Positions 25,520 through 39,315 are shown, counted from the first letter of the stretch. The stretch is DNA of 64,000 nucleotides from Raja brachyura (GCA_963514005.1 OY740789.1:23994001-24058000), one strand, 5' to 3'. The notes: generated by a model not told the origin, from the letters alone. Numbers and translations are program-made.

Positions 25520-26340
25520 GAAATAGAGGAAGGGAATGCACTGGTGGCCATTTTCCAAGATTCCTTCTACTCTAGAATGGTTTATACAGATTGGAATGGA
25601 GCAATATAAAAGGGGCATAAAAGAGAGAAAATTGGGATATATGGCCTCTGGCATTATGAGAAAGGAAAACACTAAAATCCATTGCTGTGAAACAGCATAA
25701 AGGGATATCGAAAGTAAGGATTGGATTTATGAAAGGGAAATCACGTTTGACATGAGATATATTTTTTTAAGATGCGGAATGGATAAAGCGTGGTGGAGCC
25801 AATGGAAGTAGTGAATTTGGACTTTCAGATGACATTTAATAAGAAGCTACTCAAAATGTTTAAAGTAAATTAAAGGAGACATAATATATAGGCGATGTCT
25901 GGATATTGGATGATGGATTGAAAACAGAGAGTAGGAATGAATTAATTGAATTCAGCTTCCAAGGTTCTATCTAGAGGAGTGCCATTGGGACCAAGAGTTC
26001 CAGTCCTTTGCAGCTTGTATTAATAATTTGGATGAGGGTATCATGTGTAGTATATACTAGTTGACTGATGAGATTACGTTCGATGGTCATGTGTGTTGTG
26101 AGGATAATGCAGATGATCTTGAAGGGAATATGGACAAGTAAGATGAATTGATGAGGATATGACAGATTGAGTATCATGCGGGAAATATATGATGTCATCC
26201 ACTTTGGTAGAAAAAAACAGAAAAGCAAAGTATTAAATAAAGTACAAATGATTTGAAAGATGTTGCCGATTTGTGTATTCTTGTACTTGAAAGGCACAGT
26301 TAAGCTGGCCTTTATTGAAAGTGTATTTTAGCAGGAGTAA
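25520..26340 (+). mobile_element. Highly decayed CR1 RT fragment (continues ~30400-30930)
   Basis: ggatttatgaaagggaaatcacgtttgac, gactttcagatgacattt, atgtcatccactttggtag = decayed CR1 RT motifs. Confidence 0.65.
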
Positions 26341-27111
26341 AGGTCCTGTCCCACTTAGGCGATTTTTCAGCGGACTGCCAGTGACTGTCAAGTTCCCGGC
26401 AGTCGCCTGAAAAACCGGGAACTGGAACGGCGACTGTCAGAGTGGAACACAGACACAAACACATAGCAAAACCGGGGGCCAGGGAAAGAGGGGGAGCGCT
26501 GTCTGAAACTCACACGGTGCAAAGTCAAGGTGATACAGACACACACCGCAATTAATAGAAAGGTTAAGATGGCTAGCAGAGTGTACGGTAGGTCCTTTAA
26601 AAGAGGGGGGGGGGGGAGAGGAGAAGGTGGGAGAAGGAGGGGCTGAAGGGTTGAGAAGGAGTGGAGACACTTATAAGAAGCCAAACAAGATTTTAATAAA
26701 CCAGAGATACACAGCTGTGAAGTTCGGCGGGTATTTAACATTAACGGTCGGTTATCCTTGGTTCTGAAAACTCGTGCTTATTTTTTCCTCAATGAGCCAA
26801 TGAAAATGCCCGATCAGCAAAGGCGATTAACTAAAACTACCTATGACTACCTCGACTACCCATAACTATATGGCGACCCCACTACAACTGCATCCACGAC
26901 TACAGGATTATCAATTTTCTCCATGGCGACCAATTTTTGGTCGCAGAAAATATTTCAACATATTGAAAAATTTGCGGTGACCATACTGAGGTCTCGATTA
27001 GTTCCCAGAATGCGGGAACTCCTCGCGACCATGAAGGAGACTCACCAGAGAGCACCAGCAATAAGAGTCACCTGCACTCGCCTAAAAAGTTGCCTAAGTG
27101 GGGCAGGCCCT
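26341..27111. mobile_element. PIF/Harbinger-type MITE (internal type B, 771 bp)
   Basis: TIR AGGTCCTGTCCCACTTAGGCGATTTTT / AAAAAGTTGCCTAAGTGGGGCAGGCCCT; left flank TAA. Confidence 0.8.
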
Positions 27112-27140
27112 AAAAGATATTTTATAGGAATGATATGGGT

Positions 27141-30068
27141 CATAGAAACATAGAAAATAGGTGCAGGTGTAGGCCATTCGGTCCTTTGAGCCTGCACCGC
27201 CATTCAATATGATCATGGCTGATCATCCAATTCAGTATCCTGTACCTGCCTTCTCTCCATACCCCCTGATCCCTTTAGCCACAAGGGCCACATCTAACTC
27301 CCTCTTAAATAAAGCCAATGAACTGGTCTCAACTACCTTCTGTGGCAGATAATTCCAGAGACTCACCACTCTCTGTGTGAAAAATGTTTTCCTCATCTCG
27401 GTCCTAAAGGAATTCCCCCTTATCCTTAGACTGTGACCCCTTGTTCTGGACCTCCCCAACATCGGGAACAATTTTCCTGCATCTAGCCTATCCAACCCTT
27501 TAAGAATTTTGTAAGTTTCTATACGATCCCCCCTCAGTCTTCTAAATTATAGCGAGTACAAACCAAGTCTATCCAGTCTTTCCTCATATGAAAGTCCTGA
27601 CATCCCAGGAATCAGTCTGGTGAACCTTCTCTGTACCCCCTCTATGGCAAGAATGTATTTTCTCAGATTTGGAGACCAAAACTGTACGCAATACTCCAGG
27701 TGTGGTCTCACCAAAACCCTGTACAACTGCAGTAGAACCTCCCTGCTCCTATACTCAAATCTTTTCGCTATGAATGCTAACATACCATTTGCTTTCTTCA
27801 CTGCCTGCTGCACCCGAATGCCTACTTTCAATGATTGGTGTACCATGACATCCAGGTCTCATTGCATCTCCCCTTTTCCTAATTTGCCACCATTAAGATA
27901 ATAGTCTACCTTCCTGTTTTTGCCACCAAAGTGGATAACCTCACATTTATCCACATTATACTGCATCTGCCATGCATTTGTCCACTCGCCCAGCCTATGC
28001 AAGTCACCTTGCAGCCTCCTAGCACCCTCCTCACACCTAACATTACCCCCCAGCTTAGTGTCATCTGCAAACTTGGAGATGTTGCATTGAATTCCCTCGT
28101 CCAAATCATATATATCTATTGTAAATAGCTGGGGTCCCAGCACTGAGCCTTGCGGTACCAGTCACTGCCTGCCATTCTGAAAAGGACTCGTTTACTCCTA
28201 CCATTGGCTTCCTGTCTGCCAGCCAGTTCTCTATCCACATCAATACTGAATCCCCAGTACCGTGTGCTTTGTTTGTATACTAATCTCTTATGTGGGACCT
28301 TGTCGAAAGCCTTCTGAAAGTCTAAATATAACACATCCACTGGTTCTCCTTTATCAACTCTGCTAGTTACATCCTGGAAAAATTCTATAAGATTCGTCAG
28401 ACATGATTTACCTTTTGTAAATCCATGCTGACTTTGTCTAATAATATCACCACTTTCCAAATGTGCTGCTATCCCATCTTTAATAACTGACTCTATCAGT
28501 TTCACCACTACCGATGTTAGACTAACTGGTCTGTAATTCCCCGTTTTCTCTCTCCCTCCTTTTTTTAAAAGTGGGGTTACATTAGCTACCCTCCAATCCT
28601 CAGGAAATACTCCAGAATCTAAGGAGTTTTGAAAAATTATCACTAATGCATCCACTATTTCTGTGGCTACTTCCTTGAGTACTCTGGGATGCAGACTATC
28701 TGGCCCTGGGGATTTATTGGCCTTTAATCCATTCAATTTACTTAACACCACTTTCCGGCTAACCTGGATTTCACTCAGTTCTTCCACTTTATTTGACCGC
28801 CGGTCCCCTGCTATTTCCGGCAGATTATTTGTCTTCCTTAGTGAAGACAGAACCAAAGTAGTTATTCGTTAAAGAAGGAACTGCAGATGCTGGAGAATCG
28901 AGGGTTACAAGAAGGGTCTCGACCCGAAATGTCGCCTATCTCCTTCGCTCCATCTGCTGCACCCGCTGAGTTTCTCCAGCTTTTTGTGTAACCCCAAAGT
29001 AGTTATTCAATTGGTCTGCCATGTCCTTGTTCCCCATGATCAATTCACCTGTTTCTGACTGCAAGGGATCTGCATTTGTTTTAACCAATCTCTTTCTCTT
29101 CACATATCTATAAAAACTTTTGCAGTCAGTTTTTATGTTCCCTGCCAGTTTTCTTGCATAATCTATTTTCCCTTTCATAATTAAGCCCTTTGCCCTCTGC
29201 TGAACTCTGAATTTCTCCCAGTCCTCTGGTAGGCTGCTTTTTCTGGCTAATTTGGATGCTTCCTCTTTTGTTTTTATACTATCCCTGATTACCCTTCTTA
29301 TCCATGGATGCACTAGCTGCCCTGATTTATTCTTTTGCCAAACTGGGATGAACAATTGTTGTAGTTCATCCATGCAGTCTTTAAATACCTTCCATTGCAC
29401 ATCCACTGTCAACCCTTTAAGAATCATCTTGGCCAATTCACTTCTCATACCTTCAAAGTTACCTTTGTTTAAGTCCAGAACCTTTGTTTCTGACTTTATT
29501 ATGTCACTCTCCATCCTAATGAAGAACTCAACCATATTATGATCACTCTTGCCCAAGGGGCCCCGCACAACAAGACTGCTAACTAACCCTTCCTCATAAC
29601 AATACCCAGTCTAGAATAACCTGCTCTCTCGTTGGTTCCTCTACATGTTGGTTTAGAAAACTATCCCGCATACATTCCAAGAAATCCTCTTCCTCAGCAC
29701 CCCTGCCCATTTAATTCACCCAATCTATATGTAGATTGAAGTCGCCCATTATAACTGTTTTACCCTTGTTGCACGTATTTCTAATTTCCTGTTTTGATGC
29801 CATCCCCAACTCCACTACTACTGTTAGGTGGCCTGTACACAACTCCCACTAGCGTTTTCTGCCCCTTAGAGTTTTGCAGCTCTACTCATATTTGATTCCA
29901 CATCCTCCAAGCTAATGTCCTTCCTTTCTATTGCATTAATCTCCTCTCTCACCAGCAACTCTACCCCACCTCCCTTTCCTTTCTGTCTATCCCTCCTGAA
30001 TATTGAATATCCCTGGATGTTCAGTTCCCAGCCTTGGTCCCCCTGGAGCCATGTCTCCGTGATCCCAA
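27141..30068 (-). mobile_element. CR1 LINE with nearly complete, disrupted ORF2 (APE + RT)
   Basis: APE: ITETWL, VIMGDFN, LGKSDHN; RT: KSPGPD, NYRPVSLTS, QHGF, DFQKAFDKVPH, KFADD, VRPHLEYCVQFWSP; 3' tail catagaaacatagaa. Confidence 0.95.
28868..28993. mobile_element. 126-bp pLTR-derived insert with a hammerhead-like segment and 15-bp TSD
   Basis: Flanked by exact CCAAAGTAGTTATTC at 28853-28867 and 28994-29008; contains AAGAAGGGTCTCGACCCGAAATGTC. Confidence 0.85.
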
Positions 30069-30083
30069 TCAGGATCCTGGTAA

Positions 30084-30391
30084 AGGGCCTGTCCCACTAT
30101 ACGAGTTTACCCAAGAGCTCTCCCAAGTTTAAAAAAAAAATCAAACTCGTGGTAAATACGTAGAATGTACGTAGCGGGTACGTCGGAGTTCAGGACGTCT
30201 CTTAGCTGCTCGTAACGCTAACGGCTGGTACTCGGGAAACACGGTAAGCTCGTGAAGTTTTTTCAGCATGTTGAAATATGTCCACGAGAGCCCCGAGTAC
30301 CTACGAGCGGCTATTACTGTAGTTCTCCGAGTTCGAATCAGGAGAAACTCGGGAGAACTCTGGAATTACCTCGTACAGTGGGGCAGGCCCT
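30084..30391. mobile_element. PIF/Harbinger-type MITE (internal type C)
   Basis: TIR AGGGCCTGTCCCACTATACGAG / CTCGTACAGTGGGGCAGGCCCT; flanks TAA / TTA. Confidence 0.8.
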
Positions 30392-31763
30392 TTAGAGGTA
30401 AGAACTAATGTGGTATTTAACCTGTAGATCTGGTTTTCCTTTGTAAGGAAGGGTGTACTTCCAATAGCAGGAGTGTAACAAAGTTTAACCAAAGATTGGT
30501 TCCTTTGATACAAAGCTTTGGTTGATGGGGAGAGATTAAGCAGAATGGGCCTGCACACTTGAGTTTGGAAGAAGGGTAAAATGTAATTTAAATAAACATA
30601 GAACATTTTTAAGAAGCTTGTCAAGGAGATGTGATTTGGATATTTCCCCTCACTGGACAGTTTAGAACCAGAGTTTGCAGTTCCAAAACATGGACTTGAG
30701 ATCATTTGAGATAGGCGTGAGAAGACTTTTCCTCACTGAGAGTATTAGATATTTGGAACTTTGGAGCCTCACTCACTGAAAATATTCAAGAAAGAGGCTA
30801 AGAGATTTCTGAATATTTAGGGAGTTGAGGGATGTGGGGTTAGTGCAGGATAGGTCTACTGATGTAAAACCAGTAATTGCCATAGTGAATGGGAACATGA
30901 ATAAGGGGCTGCATGGCCTATTCTTATTTCTATATCATATGTCGTTAAGGGTTCAATGTCTGAAAAATGAATCCATCAGATCTAATTTTTAGGGGATTTT
31001 AATGAAAGTGGTTTGCACCAGCAGTCAAGTTATGCCCATCAGGGAATTAATGAAAGCACTTCCAAGTGCAATTCATCATGGTGATCTGATGATCAGACTC
31101 ACTAGTCACACACTACATGTTTCTTCTGAGAAATGAAGCCCTAGAGTGCAACCTACAGTCGTCATTAAACACACACACACACTACAACGGGGAGTTCTTT
31201 GTCCCCTTAGTGTCTTTATTGGGACACACTGCAGATATCTGGGGATCTTCAGCGATCATTGCAGACTACTCAAACACTTTGCAGTGTTCAAGAGCAGGTT
31301 TAAGCTGACAGGAAGCTTTTTTTTTCAAGATTTAGCTCATGCATAGTGTTTCTCAATGGTGATATTGTTGGCAATAATATATTACTGAAGGCGTCACTAG
31401 GAATGATTGGTCACTCACTGTAACAGAGACCTCTGGATGTGAGGAACAGGCATGTCCACCTGTGAAGGGTCTATTTCCACAGAGTGTTCAGAGACAGCAT
31501 ATCCTGCATTGGCCTCTCTGGGGAACACAGCATTCACAGGTTCAGGTCTACTGAGGCTATCATCACTGAAATGTGTGACATTCTGTGGAAAGTCATTTAG
31601 CAACAGTAATAAATCTGAACTGCTCTCTTCCTTGCTGCACAAACTTAAAATCATAGTCATACAACACGGAAACAGGCCCTTCAGCTCAACATGGCCATGC
31701 CGACCAATATGCCCCATCTACGCTAGTTCCACCTGTCTGTGTTTGGCCCATATTCCTCTAAAC

Positions 31764-33212
31764 CAGGGGTGGCGAACCTTTTCCTGTTGGAATGCCGCAT
31801 TGTTAGCTGTAATCTAATTAGACCGCATCCAAGAAACTTCAATTAAATATACTTCAAAATGTACATTATTTTGTAAAAGTCTAACTATTATGTACTAACA
31901 CAAAAAAATCGTTAGTTCTAAAGCTAACTAACCTTTTAATGTATTTGTTGTGACTGCTTTTTGTGGGAAAGCATTTCAATCATTTGGTTGCAACATGGAG
32001 CTACGCAGTTTCAGCTGATCTTCCAGATGGGTATCCGTCATTTGTGACCTTAAGGGAGTCTTGATTTGGGTTAGGTAGGAAAATGTAGATTTGCAGCAAT
32101 AAGTGGTTGAAAAGCAAGAAAAGCATTTTTCGTGCATGTTGCCGAAGACGTGGGTATTCTATTGCGTTTTTCCTAGACCTTTCTCAGCATCAAATAAGGA
32201 CTTTAAAATATCATCTTCTGAGAGTTCAATCAATTCCATCTGTAGTTCTTTAGGAGCCTTGGAGACATCAACTAGGTGAGGTTGAAATGCTAATTTGAGT
32301 GTGATGTCATGATTCTCAAAGTAAGTGAAGTTTTCATTGTATTCTTTAATTAATAAGTCTATAACAGCTGCGTTTTCTTCAAATGATTCGCATGAATCCT
32401 CCTGCTCATTAATGACCTTTGCTAACTGGGGAACATGTTAATCTGAAATTTCATTTTGAAGAAGAAGAGTTTTGAAAAAAGATAACTTTTTTCGAAATGC
32501 TTGGATTTTTTTTGCCACATATCATATGTAGACATAGTTTAACCTTGCAAAGAAACATTCCAGCAATTTTGCTTTGACATGATCTCACACAGAAATGCAG
32601 TATTTCTATAGAAATCTTCTTTCAATAATTCACATTGCTGATTCTGTTCCTTATGAAATTTAGCTCTCTATTCTCGCAAAGATAAGCATTTTGTTAACAC
32701 CTGTCGCTACGAAAGCCAACACACTTTACAATGCTACAGCAAAACCACACTGAATGCCTCATTGTCCAACTTTAGCATATTACGAAACTGACGATGCCGT
32801 GTTGCATTTGCACAAATATAGTCAACAATATTGATAATTTGTTGCAAAATGTCACATAAAATAGCAGATTTAACTGAGATTTTGCTGATGTAAGATACAA
32901 TGATAAGAAATCAGAGCATCTGGATCTGATAGTACCTTTTTTATCTGTGCAATAACCCTTCCTGTCATGGAAGGTGCACCGTCTCTACATACACTCACTA
33001 GTCGGGGAGAATTATTTTGTTGAATCTTCTTTTACTCTTTGGATTTTAAATACGTTCATTTTAAGATTAAAATAAAAATAATAAAAGACGAACAAAACAT
33101 ATTAATAAAAATAAGAGGATTTGTTGTACAAAATTTGGATTAATTCAAAAGGCCGCACTCAATGGCCTAGAAAGCCGCATGCAACCTTAAGGCCACAGGA
33201 TCCCCACCCCTT
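31764..33212 (-). mobile_element. hAT DNA transposon (Charlie/SPIN/GTF2IRD2-like), internally deleted
   Basis: TIRs CAGGGGTGGCGAACCT / AGGATCCCCACCCCTT; 8-bp TSD CTCTAAAC / CTCCAAAC; minus strand VSVCRDGAPSMTG and FSTTYCCKSTFSYLTQIKTPLRSQMTDTHLEDQL. Confidence 0.88.
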
Positions 33213-33269
33213 CTCCAAACCATTCCTATCCTGACTTGATCAGAGCAAGTCTCAAAAACATCTTCAATT

Positions 33270-33470
33270 TCATAGAATCATAGAATCTTAGAAAATAGGT
33301 GCAGGAGTAGGCCATTCGGCCCTTCGAGCCTGCACCGCCATTCAATATGATCATGGTTGATCATCCAACTCAGTATCCTGTACCTGCCTTCTCTCCATAC
33401 CCCCTGATCCCTTTAGCCACAAGGGCCACATCTAGCTCCCTCTTAAATATAGCCAATGAACTGGCCTCAA
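33270..33470 (-). mobile_element. CR1 3' end fragment
   Basis: Near-identical to 27150-27335. Confidence 0.85.
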
Positions 33471-34104
33471 TGGCCTCAAAGTTGCTGCTCATTAAAGACC
33501 ATCTGACCATCTGAGTAAACGTTGAGTCGTTTTTTTCTGTATTTTTACATAATTTTGTATTATGAACAATTTCCTATTGTTTTAAGTTGCTGATCATTTT
33601 GACCAAACAAAAGGAAGTTTTAAGATTTTTTGAAGTTGAATTGTGGCATAGTAATCTATAGACTAACTATATTGGAAAGAAACATTGCCCCAAGCAGATT
33701 TCCTTCCATCATAGGATTGACAATGTATTCCATTTGCAGTTATTGAGGTTTTACCACTGATATGTGAGAGGCAATAGTTCCAAATGTTTAATTGGCATGT
33801 GTATTGATAAACAGAGCAATTAAATTATTACTTGCAACAGCATAGCAGGCCTGCAAACACAATACTTACAGACAGCATATAATAAATTCAATAAATTAAT
33901 AACTTAAAATTCAATAAATTACTAGCAAAGGCTAGGGCTAAAAGCCCATGGTCCTCAGAATCATGGAGTCATGCAGCAGGAAACAAGCCCTTTGGCCCAA
34001 CCTGTCTATGCCGACTGTCCCTCTAAAGGTTTCCTATCCAGCTTACCTATTTTTTTGTGTTATTTCCCAAATTGATTCAAATGGATTTCTCTTTCTGATC
34101 TCAC

Positions 34105-35665
34105 ATAGTTGTAGAGTCACACAGCATGGAAACAGGCCCTTTGGCCCAATTAGCCAATAACAAACAAGGTACCCATACTCATCCCATCTGCCTGCGTTTG
34201 ACCCATATCCCTTTAAACCATTCCTATCCATGTACCTGTCCAAATGTCTTTTAAATGTTGTTATAGTACCTACCTCTTCTGGCAGCTCCTTCCATTTACC
34301 CACCACCCTCTGTGTGAAGGAATTGCCCCCTCAGATTCCTATTAAATCTTTCCCCTCTAACCTTAAACCTATGTCCTCTGGTTCTTGATTCCCCTACTCT
34401 GAATAAAAGACTCTGTGCATCTACCCTATCTATTCCCCTAATGATCTTATACACCTTACAAGATCGCCCCTCATCCTCCTGTGCTAGAAAGAATAAGTGC
34501 TTGCCAGCCTAACCTCTCCCAATAGCTCGGGCCCTCAAGTCCGTGCAACATCCCAACAAATCTTCACTGCACTCTTTCCGGTTTAACAGAGTCTTTCCTA
34601 TGGCAGGACGACCAAAATTAAATACAATACTCTGCCTGTGGCCTCACCAGCACCTTATACAGCTGTAACATAACATCTCATCTTTTGTATTCAATACCCT
34701 GACTGATGAAGGCCAATGTACCGAAAGCCTTCTTGACCATCTTATCTGCCAGTGATGCCATTTTCACGGAACTATGTACCTGCCCTCCTAGATTCCTCGG
34801 CACTACAACATACCCCTGAGCCCTGCCATTTACTGTGAATATCCTGCCCTAGTTAAACTACCCAAAATGCAACATCTCACATTTAACTGCATTAAACTCC
34901 ATTAACCATTACTCTACTCACTTGCCCAACTGATCAAAGTCCAGTTGTAAACTTTGATAACCATCTTCTCTATCTACAATACCACCCACACAATGTCATC
35001 TGCAAACTTACTAATCATGCCCTATACATCCAATATTCAAGATTCAATATTCAATTTAATTGTCACATGTGCCAATTAAAGTACAGTGAAATGTTCATCC
35101 AAATTGATGATATAAACCACAAACAGCAATGGGTTGAGCACTAATCATTGAGGCAAACCACATCACAGGCCTCCACTTGGAAAAACAACCTTCCACCATC
35201 ACCCTTTGTTTCCTTCCATGAAGCCAATTTTTCTCAAATAAGCTAGCTCTCCATGGATCCCATGTGATCTAACCTTCCAGAGCAGCCTGCCATGCAGAAC
35301 TTTGTCAAATGCCTTGCTGAAATCACCAGAGCCAACATCTACAGCTCTGCCCTCATCAACCTATTTGCTTATATATTCAAAAAACTAATTCACATTCATG
35401 AGGCAAGATCTCCCATGTACAAAACCATGCTGACTATCACTAATCAGTCCTGACTATCTAAATGCATGTATATCATATCCCTCAGAATCTTCGCCAGTGA
35501 CTTTCCAACTACAGATGTTAGGCTCACTGGCCAACACTTCCAAGGCTTTTTATGGCAGCCCGTCTTAAATAGAGGCACAACATTTGCCACCCTCCCGTCT
35601 TCTGGCACCACCCTCATATTTAATGATAACTCATATCTCAGCCAGGGCACCTGCAAATTCTTCTC
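34105..35665 (-). mobile_element. CR1 LINE (second subfamily), 5'-truncated and decayed
   Basis: VANVVPLFK, PVSLTSVVGK, agtcagcatggttttgt, gtttgcagatgaca motifs on the minus strand; 3' UTR ends ...ggaaacaggccc. Confidence 0.85.
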
Positions 35666-37901
35666 TTGAACACATGAACACAGTTTTGCTTTAAACAAAT
35701 TGCCTACACTAATTGCCGAAACTGAGAGACGTGTACATGATCACAGACTTCCCTTGTTACCAGTTTATGGTATAAGAATAGAATAAACACTTGGCACTAC
35801 TGCTCCGGATGGGACATTGGATACTGCTGGAGTGACTTATTGTGTTAATGGATGTTGTTCAAGGGCCAACTTCTCCAATCACACTGTGCATAGAAACAGA
35901 TCTCAAATTTAAACTTTCAATTTCATCCCACCCGCAAAAAAAACAGCCCTGCAGACCAAAGTCTTAAATCCGAATGGCGTACTTCAGCTTTTATGATTTA
36001 CAAACTTATGAACTTAATGGATATGGCACTTTTACTTGTCAGAGGCAGGGAAGCAGAGGCAGGGAAGTAGAGTCTGAAGATGTATCAATGTTTTCCAGGG
36101 ATACTGCCTGACCCACTGAGTTACTCCAATATTTTGTGTCTTCCAATATTTTGTGTCATGCTCTGCTCAAGTGTATAAACAGCAGTGGTATAAGATTTTT
36201 TAAAAAACAAAGTGTTTGCGGAACTGTGCAGGTCCGGCAGAATTAATGCAGGGGGTAGGACCAGATAACGTTTCCTGTCAGGTCCCTGGCCTACTGAGTG
36301 CTTTCAGCACTTGTTTTTTGCTCAAGATTCCAGAATCTGTAGTCTCTTGTATTACGTAAACGATACCATTATCACTTTATACACCTTAATTCCCAGCTCT
36401 GCTCAAATATATGCAAGCTGTCCTGATTTTTTGCTGAGGAATAGAAATATTAAATTTTCAATGCCTCAGGGAAGCCACCTATTTTTACCCTTTGTTTCCA
36501 TGCATTGGGTTTCACCCGACATGCCTTGCTTTGGTTATTAAAATAATGTTTCGGACTTTCATTGAAAATGTCCACATCTGAAAAAGCAGCTTCAAAGCTC
36601 GGTGTCAAAATGGCCACAACTTGGTACTTCAGGGGATTTGACAAATGTAATCCATTCTGTAAAAGTAAGTGTGGAATAGGGAAAGAGAAACTGAGATTCA
36701 CTAGATAATTAACAATTGGTTGACAAATGTGAAACCGAGCATTTCTCTTTAATTTAAGGATCAGGTACAATCACTGTAAGAAACATTCCCCATTGTAAAA
36801 ATTGCAATAGAGTTTGTCTTTTTTTGCTTTCAGCATAAAATAGCTGAGACAGCTGTTTGTCAGGAATCTGACAACTTTTGCAAGTGGTGCCATTTGACAA
36901 CTTTTCTGCCGATGAAATGGATGTCTTGCAAAGGTCTCTCCTGAAGATGACAGGACTACTTTTATATCCTCACACCCATCATAATCAGGGTGATAGCATC
37001 CCAAAATTGGAACTGGGCCACCCACCGTGTCACTCGCTTACTTTACCAGACTCTTAACAGTTTGGGCAAAGTCTTGAGATGGTTGCCATCTGATTGAGAG
37101 GGGATTACCTAACATTGTTAAACTCATGTTGCAGTGTAATGCTTCAGACTCCAATTCCAACTAAATAACATAAATAACATTGTGCACTGCAATGAGTGGC
37201 CAAACCAATGAAATACTTACTGAAGGGCTGCCTCAAACATGGCCTTGGAATCTTTTGCTTCTCATCCAGAGAAGTGGGACTGACCAGGATGCTTTAAGAG
37301 TGTTCAAAATTTCCTACGGATTTTTTCTTTGCCCACAGCTTTTGATTCTCTGCTGGATCAGTGTACGGTACAGAAGGCCAGTCTGAACCGACCCGAAATA
37401 TCACCCATTCCTTCTCTCCAGAGATGCTGCCTCTCCCGCTGAGTTCCTCCAGCTCTTTGTGTCTATCTAGGGTACAGATTAGTTCCCATACTCACAGAAC
37501 TGCTGACACCTACAGGGCACTCATCAGTGAACAAGGCCGAAGGCTTCAAAATGGCTCAGAACAAGCAATGACTGGAATGGGCACCAGAAAACATCGGTTT
37601 GCACCCCACCCATTATCTTCTGGCACCTATAATCACGTCTGATGGAAAATATCATGGAATGTCTTAAAAATGATGATGCCCATAGGCAACTCAGAGAACT
37701 TATTTAACTTTCATCATTACTTGGGTTGCCAGATTTATTGGTATTTCCAACATATTTTTGCTTTATTTTAGATTTCCTGCATCTCCAGTCATTTTATCAT
37801 TGTCAGATGAGAAACTGATCTCTAGTCCAACAGGTCAAGCTATTTTATTTATATGGCACAAAAAAACGATAGGCCGAAAAAAATTAGATTTCTACAAAAG
37901 A

Positions 37902-38503
37902 TGGTGGCCTGGTGGTACAGCGGTAGAGTTGCTGCCTTGCAGCGCCATAGACCCGGGTACAATCAGAACTGCGTGTGCTTGTCTGTAATGAGTTTGTAAG
38001 TTCTCCCCATGATCTGCACGTGTTTTCTTCGAGATCTCCGGGTTCATCCCACACTCCACACTTTGTAGGTTAATTTAGTTTAGTTTAGTTTAGAGTACAG
38101 CAAGGAAACAGCCCTTCAGCCCACCGGGTCTGCGCCGACCAGCGATCCTCGCACATTAACACCATCATACACCCACTAGGGACAAATTTTACATTTACCA
38201 AACCAATTAACATACAAACCTGTACGTCTTTGGTGTGTCGGAGAAAACCCACGCAGGTCACGGGGAGAACGTACAAACGCCGTAAAGACACGTAGTCGGG
38301 ATTGAGAACGCGTAGTCGGCATCGAACCCGGGTCTCCGGCGCTGCATTCGCTGTAGGCCAGCAACTCTACAGCTGCGCCACCGTGAGCGTGGTATAATTG
38401 TAAATTGTCCCTAGTGTATGTAGATTAGTGTTAATGAGCGGGGATCGCTGGTCGGCACGGATGTGGTGGGCCAAAGGGCCTGTTTCCGCGCTGTATCTCT
38501 AAA
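37902..38503 (+). mobile_element. SINE (+) interrupted by a full SINE of the same family on the minus strand (38075-38388)
   Basis: Host head 37902-38074 resumes at tggtataattgtaaattgtccc; the insert has a (tttag)n tail and box B/box A complements (tcgaacccggg, gctgcgccacc). Confidence 0.85.
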
Positions 38504-39315
38504 TCATGTTCTGCTCAGAAATCTAGGGAGTAATTCCAATGCATTGGTATGGCAAGTGGTGCTTGGTTGGATATTAAACTGAGGCTCCCGCTGTTTCCTT
38601 GGATAATCACAAAAGATAAGTGGTGCTGCATTAATTCCTTGATTTCTGAAATTAATGTGTTCCTGGAAGTTATTTTGTTAAGTGGAAGTTTGTGTATCAG
38701 AATGCTTGAGGAAAATGCATAGTGGGTATTTTGTTGCAGTGTTATGGGTATTCGATTGTAGTTCCTTTGGGTGGAGTACTATTCGTTACAGTGAAAAATA
38801 GGTTCATAATTCTGTGGTATGCATCACATAAAAAAATCAACAGTATAAAAGAGAAAATCCACAAATCAAACATGTAAATTGAAGATAAAGTATTTGTGAA
38901 GAATACCAATAGAGCTTTCTCAAGAGTTCTGTACGTTATTCTGTACAATTATTAAGTATCATAATAAAGAAAAGAATTGGCCCCAATGGTTTTAACGCTG
39001 CTGAGAGCTGCTGTAATCAAAATGACTGCTGCATTTCTTAAATTACCACTGTGCTGACACAAATGTTCTTCATTAGCTGTGAAATACTTTGCAACACCCA
39101 GAAGGTGACAATGAAAGGTGCAATATATATAAAAATGCAATACTTTTTCTTTTTAAATGCCTAATTGCTTTTCATAGTGTAAAGTTTCTCATGACAAGTG
39201 AGAATGGCAGTTGATAATGAAGGCAGGCATCAATGGTTCAGAACACAGAAGGTGATTTTGTTAATTGTACCTGTGTCAGCTCTGTTCTGGAGCAATCTCA
39301 AACTAACCCCAGTTA

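Noticed and set aside
31850-33010. Host gene GTF2IRD2/EPM2AIP1/ZBED-like
   Set aside because: Frame is broken and bounded by TIRs and a TSD, so it is a transposon fossil rather than a domesticated gene
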